64,000 nucleotides of DNA, from assembly GCF_052425735.1 (NCBI RefSeq), contig NC_135758.1, positions 8,370,001 to 8,434,000 of the forward strand. The letters are read 5' to 3'. Positions within the stretch are counted from its first letter, which is position 1; every line of letters begins with the position of its first letter. The notes below the pieces were generated by a model. It worked only from the letters and a program-made list of their open reading frames with translations. It did not search any database and was not told the origin of the DNA. Positions 38,503-52,275 of this stretch are shown here, one piece after another. Both the position numbers and the translations under genes were made by a program. Origin of the DNA: Oculina patagonica (lineage: Eukaryota).

Positions 38503-41421
38503 TACAGCGACCGACTTGAGCTCTTGTATTGCATCGCTTGAAACTAAAGAAAACCTGAATGGAAACATCTACTTCTTGTGTTGGCTCTGTATTTGTTGTT
38601 GTGTGGTTTTCATTTGTTTATATTTTGATGGACTCGGGATCACACGGATCTTGCAAAAAAGGTGAAGGAAAATATTTGTCAAAAATGACACTAAAAGTTG
38701 GAAACTTCCTCAAATGTAGGTCTGAGGTTTGAAGGAGCTCATTATCATCATTCAGAAACTGAAAGTAATTATATCCATCCATTTTTTAAAGTAAGATTTT
38801 GGAAACAAAATTTAAAAATTCACTTCGCAATAGACAATGGCTTTCTTTCTCCTACAATTTTCCTGCAATTTGTTTGTTTATTTTTAGCAGGCCTTCAAAT
38901 CTGATTGGTTGTTTTGTTTTACTGTTCCTTTCTCATTGGCTGGAAAAAAGATGCGATTAGGAGCAAAAAATAGTGCGATTCGTGAATAAATCGCACTCCT
39001 GAGAGCCAATCAGATTGCAAGGATCACCAGTGATTTCAAAATAAATGTAATAAAATGCGAAATGATTTTGATAAGTTCATCCCGGCAATACATTTGTATG
39101 TAAACTGCCCAACATATCGCGTTATATCGCTTTTAGGTTGGAATATTTCAGGACTGTTATTTTAACATTCGAAATACTATTAAAACAACAGAAACAAAGA
39201 TTGCATTATTTCGTTCCATGTTTGCACTAATTCTGAAATAGTGGTTGCAACTATCACAGACATGTCAATGCGACCGACTGGCATCATTCTAAAACTCTGA
39301 AAGTACATAGCTGAGAACATAGTTAAGTACGAGTTGGTACAGCTTGGCAACTGGTTGAAATTAAATAGTTGAATTTTATGCGCACTGTTGATCCTGTAGC
39401 GGCCAAGTAGAAGGAATGAATAGTTGTATCTAAACCGAGGAGTTTGTGTAATCTGCTCTCATCATCTGTTCAGGAGAACAAGAAACTTAAAATTGGATCA
39501 GTGTACTGTGAAATATTTTTAGTTGGGTTTCTAAGTTGTGGGCTTATTTTGTTATTACCACTATGGACACTATGGATCAATTATGAAGTCAAACGTCCAG
39601 CTGTGATTACAGACAAAAAGCTTTCTGCCTGCTTCTGAAGTTTTGAAATGTTCTTCTATATAATTGAACGGAGTTTGCCGTGTGTCATTTTGTTACAGCA
39701 CTGAGCAGCGTCCAATGAAACAGTTTGAGAATATTAACCGGGTAGGCAATAAAGCTCGCATGGCATTTGCATACAGGCGAACTAAAACAGCGATGTTACA
39801 CTTGACTGCTGTAGCTGAACATTAGTATATTACATATATGCTAATCAGAGGCGAATCTAAAAAAAAATTCGGCGAGAGAGCAACTTCATCCCATACCCAC
39901 AACACAACCCTGACTGCACATGCAGTACCGCTCGAAAGGCGCTTGGTTACAGTTCTTTTCTAAAACAAATCCAAGGTGTAGTGTCGAGCGTGCATGGATT
40001 CTCAAGAGAGTGTAAGCTATTGGTTTCCTTAGATGTAAGGCTCTATAATGTATTCAACGTTTAGTGTGAAATGGCTCTGTACCGGACAAGCAGATTAAAT
40101 TTATTTACCGTTTGTTTCTATATATTGAGCTTTTTGTAGTCTACATTGGCAGAAGGAATGAATATAAAACAAAGGAAAATGCCAAACTACACCAAGGATA
40201 AAATTGAACCACAACATATACAAAACAGCCTCAAATTTAGCGGCACATCACTAATTAGTATTGCTAGTACTGACAAACTCAATGCACCAGCCTGTGGACA
40301 AGCTTCTTGGTAGGAGATAGGGCGAAAAGGGAACCGCCCCTTATATCTTCCTTCACTCTGTTTCTTTCCTTGCTTGTCTGCCTTTACCTCAAAGTGCATG
40401 TTCCCGACCTGAAGGGCCTGTTCATGGGTTACCATTGCGCTTACCAGTTCACGGGTTACCATGGCGCCTGATTGTGTCTGAACTTCTCAAGCATGCACTA
40501 AAGGCTTGGTTAAAGTCTATGTAATATCCCTAGCACAGAATTAAAACATTCTTGTTATCTCTCAATTCACTTCAACAGTTTCGGCACGTCAGTTAGTAGA
40601 TACTTGACTAGGTCAGTTACAAAGGCACGAATGGCCCTCACCTATCATTTATCCGGCACCTAACAAAACAAAGTTTGTAAAAAAGGGGAATGTTGCACTA
40701 CTTTAAGGTCTATCCGATTCACTTCCAGTAGGAGTTATTTAGTTATTTGTAAAGTCATGTGACCTGTTTTACTTCTTCTTCATATGGCTATTTAAATCGG
40801 TAGACATCCCTCAAATGCTAACTGAATATACGGCTATTCTGAGAAATCGGCTTTATGCTTACCTAGTTTTAGTGTATAAGATATTACTCGATAACGATGG
40901 AATCACGTACACGCCACTTGGGTGAATTAACTAAGTATTTTTCAAGCTGCTGATATATTAAACTAAGTGCTAAGTTGCAAAGAAAAGTTTAAACGAGTGC
41001 CCACTCAAGCTCTTATGGGAAACAAAAGTTTACAATGACTGTGTTAAAAAGGTAAAGTTTCTGGCATTGTGTATAGCCACATGACTGGAACAAGAAAACT
41101 CGTAACCAACCAACCTTGTTTCAAAACAACGTGCGAGAGGTTTAAGCGTACAAAGAGGCAAAAGGAGACTGCCTTATAACAATAGGTGCATTCGATTGCA
41201 TTCCACTGCATTGTTACAGTCCCCATAAACTAAACAGGGACAGTCCAAAGAATCGGTTATTATTTACACAATAGGCAGTGGAGGGGGACTGGATCTCCAA
41301 AACTGACAAACCCCTGGAAATCAATATGATTTAAAACGTGAATGTATTAAAACGTGAATGTATCTAAGCTTATGCTTAATCCTATTTCTTACGATTTACG
41401 TTAGGTTAAAGGTAAACGGTT

Positions 41422-44400
41422 ATGGAGAACGAAGCAGAGATTCTTCAGGCTCTTTTTATTGGCCTTGCAGTTGCGTCAGTGTTGCTTCACACTTATCGAT
41501 ACAGTAAGGCAATCGAGCTGTTCAGTGAATGTTTGGTTCTTCTAAAAAAGCATTCTTCACAGTTGAAGGAGGACAAACGGAACACACTTTACGCGCTGGT
41601 ATATCACAGGCTGTTTGATCTTTACTGCCTTGTCGGTAACTATGAGAATGCTATCCACAGCGGCGAGCAAGCTGCACCTTTATATCACGAAATTGGTGAA
41701 ATTGGAAGAGCAGCTGCATTGCTCGCGAAAATTGGCAATTTGTATCAGTTTACTGGCGAACAGGTTAAAGCCAAAGAAAGCTACGAGCACGAATTGACAT
41801 TTTACTTGACGTTAAATATTTCTGACATGCCCGTTTTTGAGAGAAAAGAGTATTTAAACAAAATGCTAGTACTGAGAACCAAAATTGGTGACAAGGAAGG
41901 TGAAGGACGGATTTTTAACCAACTGGGTGAGTTGTCCTTGACGCTTTTCGAATACGCTAAAGCGGAGGAACATTTTCCAAAGGAACTTGAAATTTCGAAA
42001 GAAACTGGCAACAGAAAAGAGGAAGGAAAAGCCCTCGGTTGCCTCGGCAAACTGTATAACAAAACTGAAGAATACCAACAGGCAAAACAACATTGTGAAC
42101 AGGCAATGGCAATCTGGGAGGAGGTTGATGAGATAATAGAGGTAGGAAATACCTGTAGCGAGCTTGGAACAGTATGCAACAGTCTTGGTGAATTTCAGAA
42201 AGCAAAAAACATTGCAAAAGAAGGCTCTGGACATAAGCGTGAAAAGCGGGGACACAAACTTAGAAATCGTAGATTACCGAAACCTTGCAGAAGTTCACAC
42301 GTCACTGGGGGAATATGATGAAGCCAAAGAATGTTACAAAAAGGCACTCGCCATTAGTAAGGAAGTTGATGATCGAAAAGGAGAAGCCTTGACATACAGT
42401 GGTCTAGTGAGTTTTTATCGTCATCTGAACGACGTCAAAAAGGCTGTAAACTTCTCCAAGAAGGCACGTGAAATTTTCAACGAAATTGGTGAACTATCTT
42501 ATGAAGGAGCTGAAAAAAGCGACCTTGGAGACCTGTACTGTTTTCTTGGAAAATATAAAAAAGCAATAAAATGTTATGATAGAGCGCTTGCCATTCGGAA
42601 TCGAATTGGTGATAGAAGAGGGGAAGGTGAAACATATTGTAACCTTGGTACTGTTTATCAATCTCTCGGAGACTATGGTAAGGCGAAGGAATGTCACGAG
42701 CAAGCACTTGCTATCTCCAAAGATACAAATCACTTAAGAGGGCAGGGAGTAGATAACGGAAATCTCGGAACTGTCTGCACGCATCTTGGTGATTATAACG
42801 CGGCATACAAGTACCACAAGAAGGCACTGGAGATAAGGCTGCGAACTGGGCACAGAAAAGAATTGCCTGTGTCATACTATCACCTGGGAAATGTTTGTCA
42901 GCATCTTGGGGAATATGTAAAGGCCAATAAACTTTACAAAAAAGCCCTTGCAACCGCTAAGGAAATTGATGATAGAAAGATTGAAGGAAATATTTTATCC
43001 AATTTGGCATCTATAGAGGAAACCATTAGCGAGCATAAAACTGCGGCAGATTATCTCAAAGAAGCATTGCAAATCAGCAAAGAGATCGGAGACATCAAGA
43101 TAGAAGTGTCAGTGAATGGTAGCCTTGGAACAGTTCACCAATCTCTTGGTGATCTGACTACGGCCAAGAAGTATTTCCAGAAGTCACGAGCAATTGCAAA
43201 ACGAATTGGATGCAAAACTGAAGAAGGCATCGCTCTCGGTAACCTCGGAAGGTTGCATACTTCATTAGATGAATACGCTATGGCGAGAAAATGTTGCGAA
43301 CAAGCATTGGAAATCTCAAAACAAACCGTTCATAAAAGGGTTGAAATCGCAATAAACCAAAACCTAGGAGCGTTGCACATACATCTCAATGAATTGCAGG
43401 AAGCATTAAAATGTTTCCAAAGAGCACTTCTGATCTGCGAACAGATTGGAGACGTCCATTGGAAAAACATGGTCAACTGCAACATAGCAGGGGTGTATAT
43501 TATGCGACAGGATATTCCCAAAGCTCTATCGTATCTCTCAGAGAGCATTAAGAACCTTGAAGAAGCGCGAGTATCAGTTGGGGAGAGCGAATATTACAAA
43601 ATAGGGTTCGCTGACAAGAATGCTGGTCCTTATCAATTAATGATTTCTGTCTTGTTAAAACTAAGATGTGTAAACAATGCTTTGTCAATCTCAGAACTTG
43701 CACGTGCCAGATCCCAATCGTTTATTTGACTTCACGAATGTCATCAAAAGCAGATCATCATATTTAGTATTAGTGTAGCTTTTAGTTTTTAGCAGTGTCC
43801 CCTAATTAGTATGGTTTTATTTTCCAGGCTATAAGGCTTTGACACTTAAATAAAGTTTCTTATCTTATCTTATCTTATCATGCACATGTTTATCATTTTG
43901 TTTTGTGCACGAATTTCTTCTCTGTTGGGTTGTAAGGACTGGCAGGATAGAAGTTGTTACAAACAAGGGTCTCCCGGCAGACATCCAACCTCAAGGCGCA
44001 TCCATTCAAGACTGGCTAGAGAATTTAGCGAATCAATCCTACAGAAAGTTTTTGCTTTTGCAAGAAGAACACTGTGAAGATCGCTCGTTGTTGTTATGGG
44101 ATGAAAATAGCGATTCAACATTCCCATCAAAAGTTGAAGAAGGTGTCAGCACTTCTCAGGTCACAGAGCAGAAAGAGGAAGGAGACAAGAAACCGCCAGC
44201 CCTAAAAGATTTGTATAACATCATCGTAGCCCCTGTGCTTAAATTTCTGGAAGGATCTGAGATTATCGTCGTTCCGGATCGTTCTTTGTATAAAATTCCT
44301 TTCGCAGCACTGATGGACGAGAATGGAGAATATCTCTCTGAAAAGTTCATGATTCGTTTCATTCCTTCTTTGACGTCTCTCAAGCTGATCCAAGAGAGTC

Positions 44401-45057
44401 CAGCAAACTATCACAGTCAAACGGGTGTCTTGATTGTGGGAGATCCTGAAGTAGGCCTCCCAGAGTTATGCTCCCCACTTCCCTGTGCCAGAGAGGAAGC
44501 AGAGATGATCGGACGGTTGCTGCATGCTCGCCCTTTTACCGGAAGACAAGCCACCAAGCAAGCTGTGCTTCAGAAGATACGCTCAGTGAGTCTTATTCAC
44601 ATCGCTGCACATGGCAATGCCGACAGAGGAGATATCGCCTTAGCCCCTGCCCAGCATATAAAAGGCGAACCGAAGAAGGAAGACTTTGTACTAACTATGC
44701 ATGATATCTCAAGAAAGCAGTTGCGAGCCAAGCTGATGGTGCTCAGCTGTTGTCACAGTGGACGTGGGCAAATCAAAGCTGAAGGAGTTGTTGGAATTGC
44801 TCGAGCGTTCTTAGGATCTGGTGCATTTAGGATCTGGTGCACGCTCCGTGTTGGTGTCTCTGTGGGCTGTGGACGACAGTGCAACGATGCAGTTCATGAA
44901 GCAATTCTATGGACACTTGGTCCGTGGGAAAAGTGCCGGTGAGTCTCTTCATGAGACCATGAAATGGATGAGAGGAAATCCACAATACCGTGAAGTGAGA
45001 AAGTGGGCACCGTTCATGCTGTTTGGGGATGACGTGTCATTTAACTTCAAAAAGTGA
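41422..45057 (+). pseudogene. TPR-CHAT protease copy 4 (type A), disrupted
   Basis: Lesions: an extra A in the run at ~42204-42209, a 56-bp deletion between two GATC at ~43713, a 118-bp retroposon tail inserted at 43759-43876, and a 16-bp tandem duplication (ttaggatctggtgcat) at 44811-44841 that shifts the frame. Confidence 0.93.
43759..43876 (+). mobile_element. Severely 5'-truncated non-LTR retroposon 3' tail inserted in copy 4 (duplicated at 49514-49631)
   Basis: AATAAA followed by a (TCTTA)n microsatellite tail. Flanked by an ATCAT TSD (43754-43758 and 43877-43881). Absent from the intact paralogs. Confidence 0.8.
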
Positions 45058-46519
45058 ATGTAAGTTATGTGTTTTCATATTTTTGTGCCTTTCACTGATG
45101 TATATAAGTATTGAATGTAGGAAATATATGTAGTGTGTATACTGATTCAGTGCTAATTGGAAACGAAGTGTCATCTTAATTAAAAAAAATAAGTTTACTT
45201 TGACATTTAAATTGTTTGCAGTGTAGACCGATGATACTGGGACTGCCATGCAACGAAGGCTATCCAAAAAAATTATGTAAAATTGACGATTGAAAACCTC
45301 TTATGTTGACACTGGATTGATTTCCGAAACAAGTCATCGGTCTAAAAATCTGCAAACTTCACAACTAATACATTTCTGTCCATTTTAATCTATTTTACAC
45401 TCTCACACACTATTAATCAAGCTGCAAAAAACTTTATTGGAATGGGTAGTTTGGTTTGAGTAGTCGCACTGTAGAGGTAGGATATAACCTCGGTGAATAT
45501 GCTGTCCATACGCGGTACGTTCGGTTTGTTGACCAAAGAATCGGAGTACGTCAGATGGATACAATTTGTTTGCTTGAAACTGAGAATGACAACGATGTAT
45601 TGGTGATCCCCTTAAGATACATCAATAAACTGTAAGGGGAGGGCCTGTATGTAAGTTACGTATTTTTTTTTCAACAGGAATCAAGTACCAGAGGGAAATA
45701 AAAGAAATCTGACAAGACAGATTGTGATTCATCGTGTTGTGAAAGGACTACAAAAAGGAACAAAAGTTAAGAGTATCACTGTACATGTGCAAATCACTTT
45801 TAATCTTATTTTGAATTTGACAAAATATATATGAAGACTTCGTTGTCGTTTCCTAATTTCTTGGGTCGTCGACGCTTTGAGGTGAAAAAAGTAGTAGGCT
45901 TAAGCTTCTCTAGTCATTTGATCAACAAATCTATAGAAAACAGAGGAAACGTAATCATTTGTCGCGCTCGAGAAAAGTTTTTTTTAGTTAATTGTCTGAA
46001 GTACAAATTTGTCTGTCAACTGTGTTCATGTGAAACAGAATCATTTAAATTTACATTGACGATGAGTGGCATTTTAACTCGAAAAATTCTAAATGAGGAT
46101 CTTAACAGAAGGCATTTTTCACATTTTCACATGACGTTGCCCCAGTCCCTGCAAAATTATAGTGTTGAAGCCAAAGTAACGTTTTTTGAGGCGCAAAGCG
46201 AACTGGTTTTGTATATATTTCAGTCACTGTTCTACTTTCGTTATTGTGTATTGTCGTAAGGAAACAAAACTATATATTACCTATCATTTCCCTATGCATT
46301 TTTAATGAAGAATGTGTAAAACAACTGCATTATTGTACATTAGCACTATGCAGTTGTGCTATACTGGAATTTCCTTGCCAGTTTAGACGGAAGCCGTTTG
46401 TTATATTTTCTTTGTATTTTACAGCAATTGACGTCGTTTGCAATGTACCGGTTACTGAAAATATTTGTTATCTATAAAGGATTGTTTAGTTGAAGTCCAA
46501 AAAAATTGGTAGAATCGAA

Positions 46520-46976
46520 GGGCTGGTTTCCCCCAGCGACGTAATCGGAAGCGGAGTCGGAGTCTGAAACGTAAAAAGCCTTACGTTTTCGTTGAAATCA
46601 TAGCACGGAGTCGCAATCGCAACACCTGATTTCCTCTATAGCGCGCGACTGCAGGGAATCACGGTAGTTGTATTCATCAAACCATGCGCGAGACTCAGCA
46701 ACATGGATCGTTGTTGAGTCTCGCGCATGGTTTGATGCAACGATGCACATTGCTGAGTCTCGCGCGTAGTTTGATGAATACAACTACCGTGATTCCCTGC
46801 ATTCGCGCGCTATAGAGGGAATCAGGTATTGAAAGCGCGACGGAATCGGAATCGGCAAGATCAGAAGGTTTCCTTTTTCTTCCGAATTTGCTTCTGCTTC
46901 TGTCGTTTTGATTTCCACTAGATCGTAAGGTTCTTACGCTTCCGATTCCGCTTACTTCGGTAGCGGGAACCAGCTC
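46520..46976. mobile_element. PIF/Harbinger-like MITE containing a ~210-bp internal palindrome
   Basis: Termini gggctggtttccc / gcgggaaccagctc with a 3-bp GAA duplication. The empty site aattcgaagatatac occurs at ~31650 and ~62570. Confidence 0.75.
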
Positions 46977-47217
46977 GAAAATGTAACAGTCCCTGTTACT
47001 AAGAAATTTCAATAATAAGGCACGGAGACGCATGCAGATAAAATGAGTAAGTGCTTTGATAGAAAGATGCATACACTGTTTTTGTGCATGTGTTGAACAT
47101 TACAGTTGTTTTTAGTTTCAATGCCTCACTACTTTCTTAAGTCCTCTTAAAAAATATGCGAATATGGCATTAATAAACGCTTTAGATGACAAATCAGGGA
47201 TTTAGAATGTTTCGTTA

Positions 47218-47645
47218 TTCTCATATGATCGCCCCGATCATTTCTATCGCAACGATCGTTTGCAAATACTAAGAAGATCGTGGACGAACGATGCGATTGG
47301 AAACGATCGGGGGTTCTTATATGATCGTCCCGATCGCCTGGTATGAGCAAAGACCTACGAAAAAAATCGTTTTAGCCCTAGAACTAACACAATGGCAGCC
47401 TTCAATGAAAGAGCAAAACTCGTGGTCTCCTATTTTTCCAGTTATTATAGTTTTACGGCGAAAAAAGGGAAAGAGAAGCTGAAAGGATAGAACACGGGCG
47501 ATCCAAGCGATCGTGATCGCCCCAATCGCCGCAGACGATCGCCTGTGTAATGTTCTCATAATTTATAATCACCTCGATCGTAAGAAAACTTTTTGAAGTG
47601 ACAGAGGCGATAGAAACGATCGGGCGATTATATTAGAACCAGCCT
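47218..47645. mobile_element. GATCG-rich Harbinger-like MITE, left TIR eroded (duplicated at 52974-53401)
   Basis: Inserted in gtttcgtta|gc(a/g)aaatcgac (empty at ~31875 and ~63580) with a TTA duplication. The right end is ...gaaccagcct, and there are many gatcg motifs in inverted arrangement. Confidence 0.7.
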
Positions 47646-48810
47646 TTAGCGAAATCGACAAATCAACGAAGCAAGTAACACCACGTTTGAAGATGAATTC
47701 TCCCCCGCGACTCTATTTGTTGCCCTCCTTTCATTGCACTCAACTGCGTACAGTTGTAAATAGTGTAGCCCTCTACTAAAGAAGTTTTATCTTTTTAGCC
47801 TGGACACCGTGTAAGCGAAGTATCATTACGACCGTGCCTAGAAATGTCTTTTAGATTACTGATTCAACCGCCGATTCCTGTAGATGAAGACCCTCTGAAC
47901 AACGTATTTAAATACCATGCAATAAATCGAAGTAGGACCGAAGGCTAACTTTGGGATGCAAATAAGTAAATAAGACGGTGTTACACACGCACGCGTAGCA
48001 ATGCAAGCACAGAGAAATGGTTGAACTGAACCAGAAGACTAAACGAAACACGATCGTGAGGGATTGGGTAAAAACAAACCCCTGGGTTTCCTTCCTCCTC
48101 AGAATTCAGTTCCTTGATCTTCTTGCTCTCGTCATCTTCCGGCTATAAGGGACTTTATTATTCTACTATTGCTCCATTTTACCATATTAGGGCAAAAGAA
48201 CTTGCAAAATATGCCACGTTATTACACAGTAGAACAGGGAAAAATACGGGCGGACAAACTTACGGAATACTGGCCCAAACAAAGTGAAAAATTAGTGGAA
48301 TAATAAATCCCTTATTCGATGGTTTAACATATAATACGAGCGGACATTTTGCTCATTGCTCGTATTTTTTCGAGCCCCTACGGGGCTCGGAAAAATACTA
48401 CGCGACTCCCCTTTCTCCTCTTCTTATTTCATTTCTTATTTGCGTCTACTAGCTGAGGTAGCCTAATGACACACAATAGTTTCATTTCCATGTTTAATCT
48501 GCTGACACTAAAGGGAGCAATGTAAAGCTTGCTCCAAGCTCTAAGAGTGAGCAAAATAAACGCGCGTACGTGAAAATTTAAACATTGTCGTTCTATTTTA
48601 TTTTATTTTCTGCTTTCGTGCGTTTTTGTTTTCCACCCAATCAACAGCTGGATGTTTGTAACAGGCTATATAATCTGTGGAAACCTTTTTGTCTGCAATG
48701 GAGGCTACTGACTTCATTTCCTTCCAAATCAAAACACAAAGTAAGGAATAAGGACTAGGGGAGCGAGATATTCCAGCGTCACAAAACACTCTTCCAACCC
48801 ACTGCTGCGC

Positions 48811-50812
48811 TCAAAGAAGCATTGCAAATCAGCAAAGAGATCGGAGACATCAAGATAGAAGTGTCAGTGAATGGTAGCCTTGGAACAGTTCACCAATCTC
48901 TTGGTGATCTGACTACGGCCAAGAAGTATTTCCAGAAGTCACGAGCAATTGCAAAACGAATTGGATGCAAAACTGAAGAAGGCATCGCTCTCGGTAACCT
49001 CGGAAGGTTGCATACTTCATTAGATGAATACGCTATGGCGAGAAAATGTTGCGAACAAGCATTGGAAATCTCAAAACAAACCGTTCATAAAAGGGTTGAA
49101 ATCGCAATAAACCAAAACCTAGGAGCGTTGCACATACATCTCAATGAATTGCAGGAAGCATTAAAATGTTTCCAAAGAGCACTTCTGATCTGCGAACAGA
49201 TTGGAGACGTCCATTGGAAAAACATGGTCAACTGCAACATAGCAGGGGTGTATATTATGCGACAGGATATTCCCAAAGCTCTATCGTATCTCTCAGAGAG
49301 CATTAAGAACCTTGAAGAAGCGCGAGTATCAGTTGGGGAGAGCGAATATTACAAAATAGGGTTCGCTGACAAGAATGCTGGTCCTTATCAATTAATGATT
49401 TCTGTCTTGTTAAAACTAAGATGTGTAAACAATGCTTTGTCAATCTCAGAACTTGCACGTGCCAGATCCCAATCGTTTATTTGACTTCACGAATGTCATC
49501 AAAAGCAGATCATCATATTTAGTATTAGTGTAGCTTTTAGTTTTTAGCAGTGTCCCCTAATTAGTATGGTTTTATTTTCCAGGCTATAAGGCTTTGACAC
49601 TTAAATAAAGTTTCTTATCTTATCTTATCTTATCATGCACATGTTTATCATTTTGTTTTGTGCACGAATTTCTTCTCTGTTGGGTTGTAAGGACTGGCAG
49701 GATAGAAGTTGTTACAAACAAGGGTCTCCCGGCAGACATCCAACCTCAAGGCGCATCCATTCAAGACTGGCTAGAGAATTTAGCGAATCAATCCTACAGA
49801 AAGTTTTTGCTTTTGCAAGAAGAACACTGTGAAGATCGCTCGTTGTTGTTATGGGATGAAAATAGCGATTCAACATTCCCATCAAAAGTTGAAGAAGGTG
49901 TCAGCACTTCTCAGGTCACAGAGCAGAAAGAGGAAGGAGACAAGAAACCGCCAGCCCTAAAAGATTTGTATAACATCATCGTAGCCCCTGTGCTTAAATT
50001 TCTGGAAGGATCTGAGATTATCGTCGTTCCGGATCGTTCTTTGTATAAAATTCCTTTCGCAGCACTGATGGACGAGAATGGAGAATATCTCTCTGAAAAG
50101 TTCATGATTCGTTTCATTCCTTCTTTGACGTCTCTCAAGCTGATCCAAGAGAGTCCAGCAAACTATCACAGTCAAACGGGTGTCTTGATTGTGGGAGATC
50201 CTGAAGTAGGCCTCCCAGAGTTATGCTCCCCACTTCCCTGTGCCAGAGAGGAAGCAGAGATGATCGGACGGTTGCTGCATGCTTGCCCTTTTACCGGAAG
50301 ACAAGCCACCAAGCAAGCTGTGCTTCAGAAAATACGCTCAGTGAGTCTTATTCACATCGCTGCACATGGCAATGCCGACAGAGGAGATATCGCCTTAGCC
50401 CCTGCCCAGCATATAAAAGGCGAACCGAAGAAGGAAGACTTTGTACTAACTATGCATGATATCTCAAGAAAGCAGTTGCGAGCCAAGCTGATGGTGCTCA
50501 GCTGTTGTCACAGTGGACGTGGGCAAATCAAAGCTGAAGGAGTTGTTGGAATTGCTCGAGCGTTCTTAGGATCTGGTGCATTTAGGATCTGGTGCACGCT
50601 CCGTGTTGGTGTCTCTGTGGGCTGTGGACGACAGTGCAACGATGCAGTTCATGAAGCAATTCTATGGACACTTGGTCCGTGGGAAAAGTGCCGGTGAGTC
50701 TCTTCATGAGACCATGAAATGGATGAGAGGAAATCCACAATACCGTGAAGTGAGAAAGTGGGCACCGTTCATGCTGTTTGGGGATGACGTGTCATTTAAC
50801 TTCAAAAAGTGA
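48811..50812 (+). pseudogene. TPR-CHAT copy 5: 5'-truncated duplicate of the 3' half of copy 4
   Basis: Begins abruptly mid-TPR (tcaaagaagcattgcaaatc = 43056 onward) and carries the same deletion, insertion and 16-bp duplication as copy 4. Confidence 0.93.
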
Positions 50813-52275
50813 ATGTAAGTTATGTGTTTTCATATTTTTGTGCCTTACACTGATGTATATAAGTATTGAATGTAGGAAATATATGTAGTGTGTATACTGA
50901 TTCAGTGCTAATTGGAAACGAAGTGTCATCTTAATTAAAAAAAATAAGTTTACTTTGACATTTAAATTGTTTGCAGTGTAGACCGATGATACTGGGACTG
51001 CCATGCAACGAAGGCTATCCAAAAAAATTATGTAAAATTGACGATTGAAAACCTCTTATGTTGACACTGGATTGATTTCCGAAACAAGTCATCGGTCTAA
51101 AAATCTGCAAACTTCACAACTAATACATTTCTGTCCATTTTAATCTATTTTACACTCTCACACACTATTAATCAAGCTGCAAAAAACTTTATTGGAATGG
51201 GTAGTTTGGTTTGAGTAGTCGCACTGTAGAGGTAGGATATAACCTCGGTGAATATGCTGTCCATACGCGGTACGTTCGGTTTGTTGACCAAAGAATCGGA
51301 GTACGTCAGATGGATACAATTTGTTTGCTTGAAACTGAGAATGACAACGATGTATTGGTGATCCCCTTAAGATACATCAATAAACTGTAAGGGGAGGGCC
51401 TGTATGTAAGTTACGTATTTTTTTTTTCAACAGGAATCAAGTACCAGAGGGAAATAAAAGAAATCTGACAAGACAGATTGTGATTCATCGTGTTGTGAAA
51501 GGACTACAAAAAGGAACAAAAGTTAAGAGTATCACTGTACATGTGCAAATCACTTTTAATCTTATTTTGAATTTGACAAAAGATATATGAAGACTTCGTT
51601 GTCGTTTCCTAATTTCTTGGGTCGTCGACGCTTTGAGGTGAAAAAAGTAGTAGGCTTAAGCTTCTCTAGTCATTTGATCAACAAATCTATAGAAAACAGA
51701 GGAAACGTAATCATTTGTCGCGCTCGAGAAAAGTTTTTTTTAGTTAATTGTCTGAAGTACAAATTTGTCTGTCAACTGTGTTCATGTGAAACAGAATCAT
51801 TTAAATTTACATTGACGATGAGTGGCATTTTAACTCGAAAAATTCTAAATGAGGATCTTAACAGAAAGCATTTTTCACATTTTCACATGACGTTGCCCCA
51901 GTCCCTGCAAAATTATAGTGTTGAAGCCAAAGTAACGTTTTTTGAGGCGCAAAGCGAACTGGTTTTGTATATATTTCAGTCACTGTTCTACTTTCGTTAT
52001 TGTGTATTGTCGTAAGGAAACAAAACTATATATTACCTATCATTTCCCTATGCATTTTTAATGAAGAATGTGTAAAACAACTGCATTATTGTACATTAGC
52101 ACTATGCAGTTGTGCTATACTGGAATTTCCTTGCCAGTTTAGACGGAAGCCGTTTGTTATATTTTCTTTGTATTTTACAGCAATTGACGTCGTTTGCAAT
52201 GTACCGGTTACTGAAAATATTTGTTATCTATAAAGGATTGTTTAGTTGAAGTCCAAAAAAATTGGTAGAATCGAA

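Larger units (their letters stand above)
32939..39054. mobile_element. Non-autonomous hairpin-ended DNA element (~1.35 kb, Crypton-like), host of the Gypsy insertion
   Basis: Interrupts the paralog-conserved sequence gggaattca|atgcgaaa (empty sites at ~4559, ~21180, ~55020). The left end is a ~145-nt imperfect palindrome (32941-33085) followed by tttattacatccattttgaaatc, whose inverted copy gatttcaaaataaatgtaataaa forms the right end. No clear TSD. The superfamily assignment is tentative. Confidence 0.75.

Noticed and set aside
45831-46259. 142-aa ORF (duplicated at 51587-52015)
   Set aside because: It lies in the 3' flank, the frame is not preserved in homologous flanks of the other copies, and recurrence is due to the 5.76-kb duplication.
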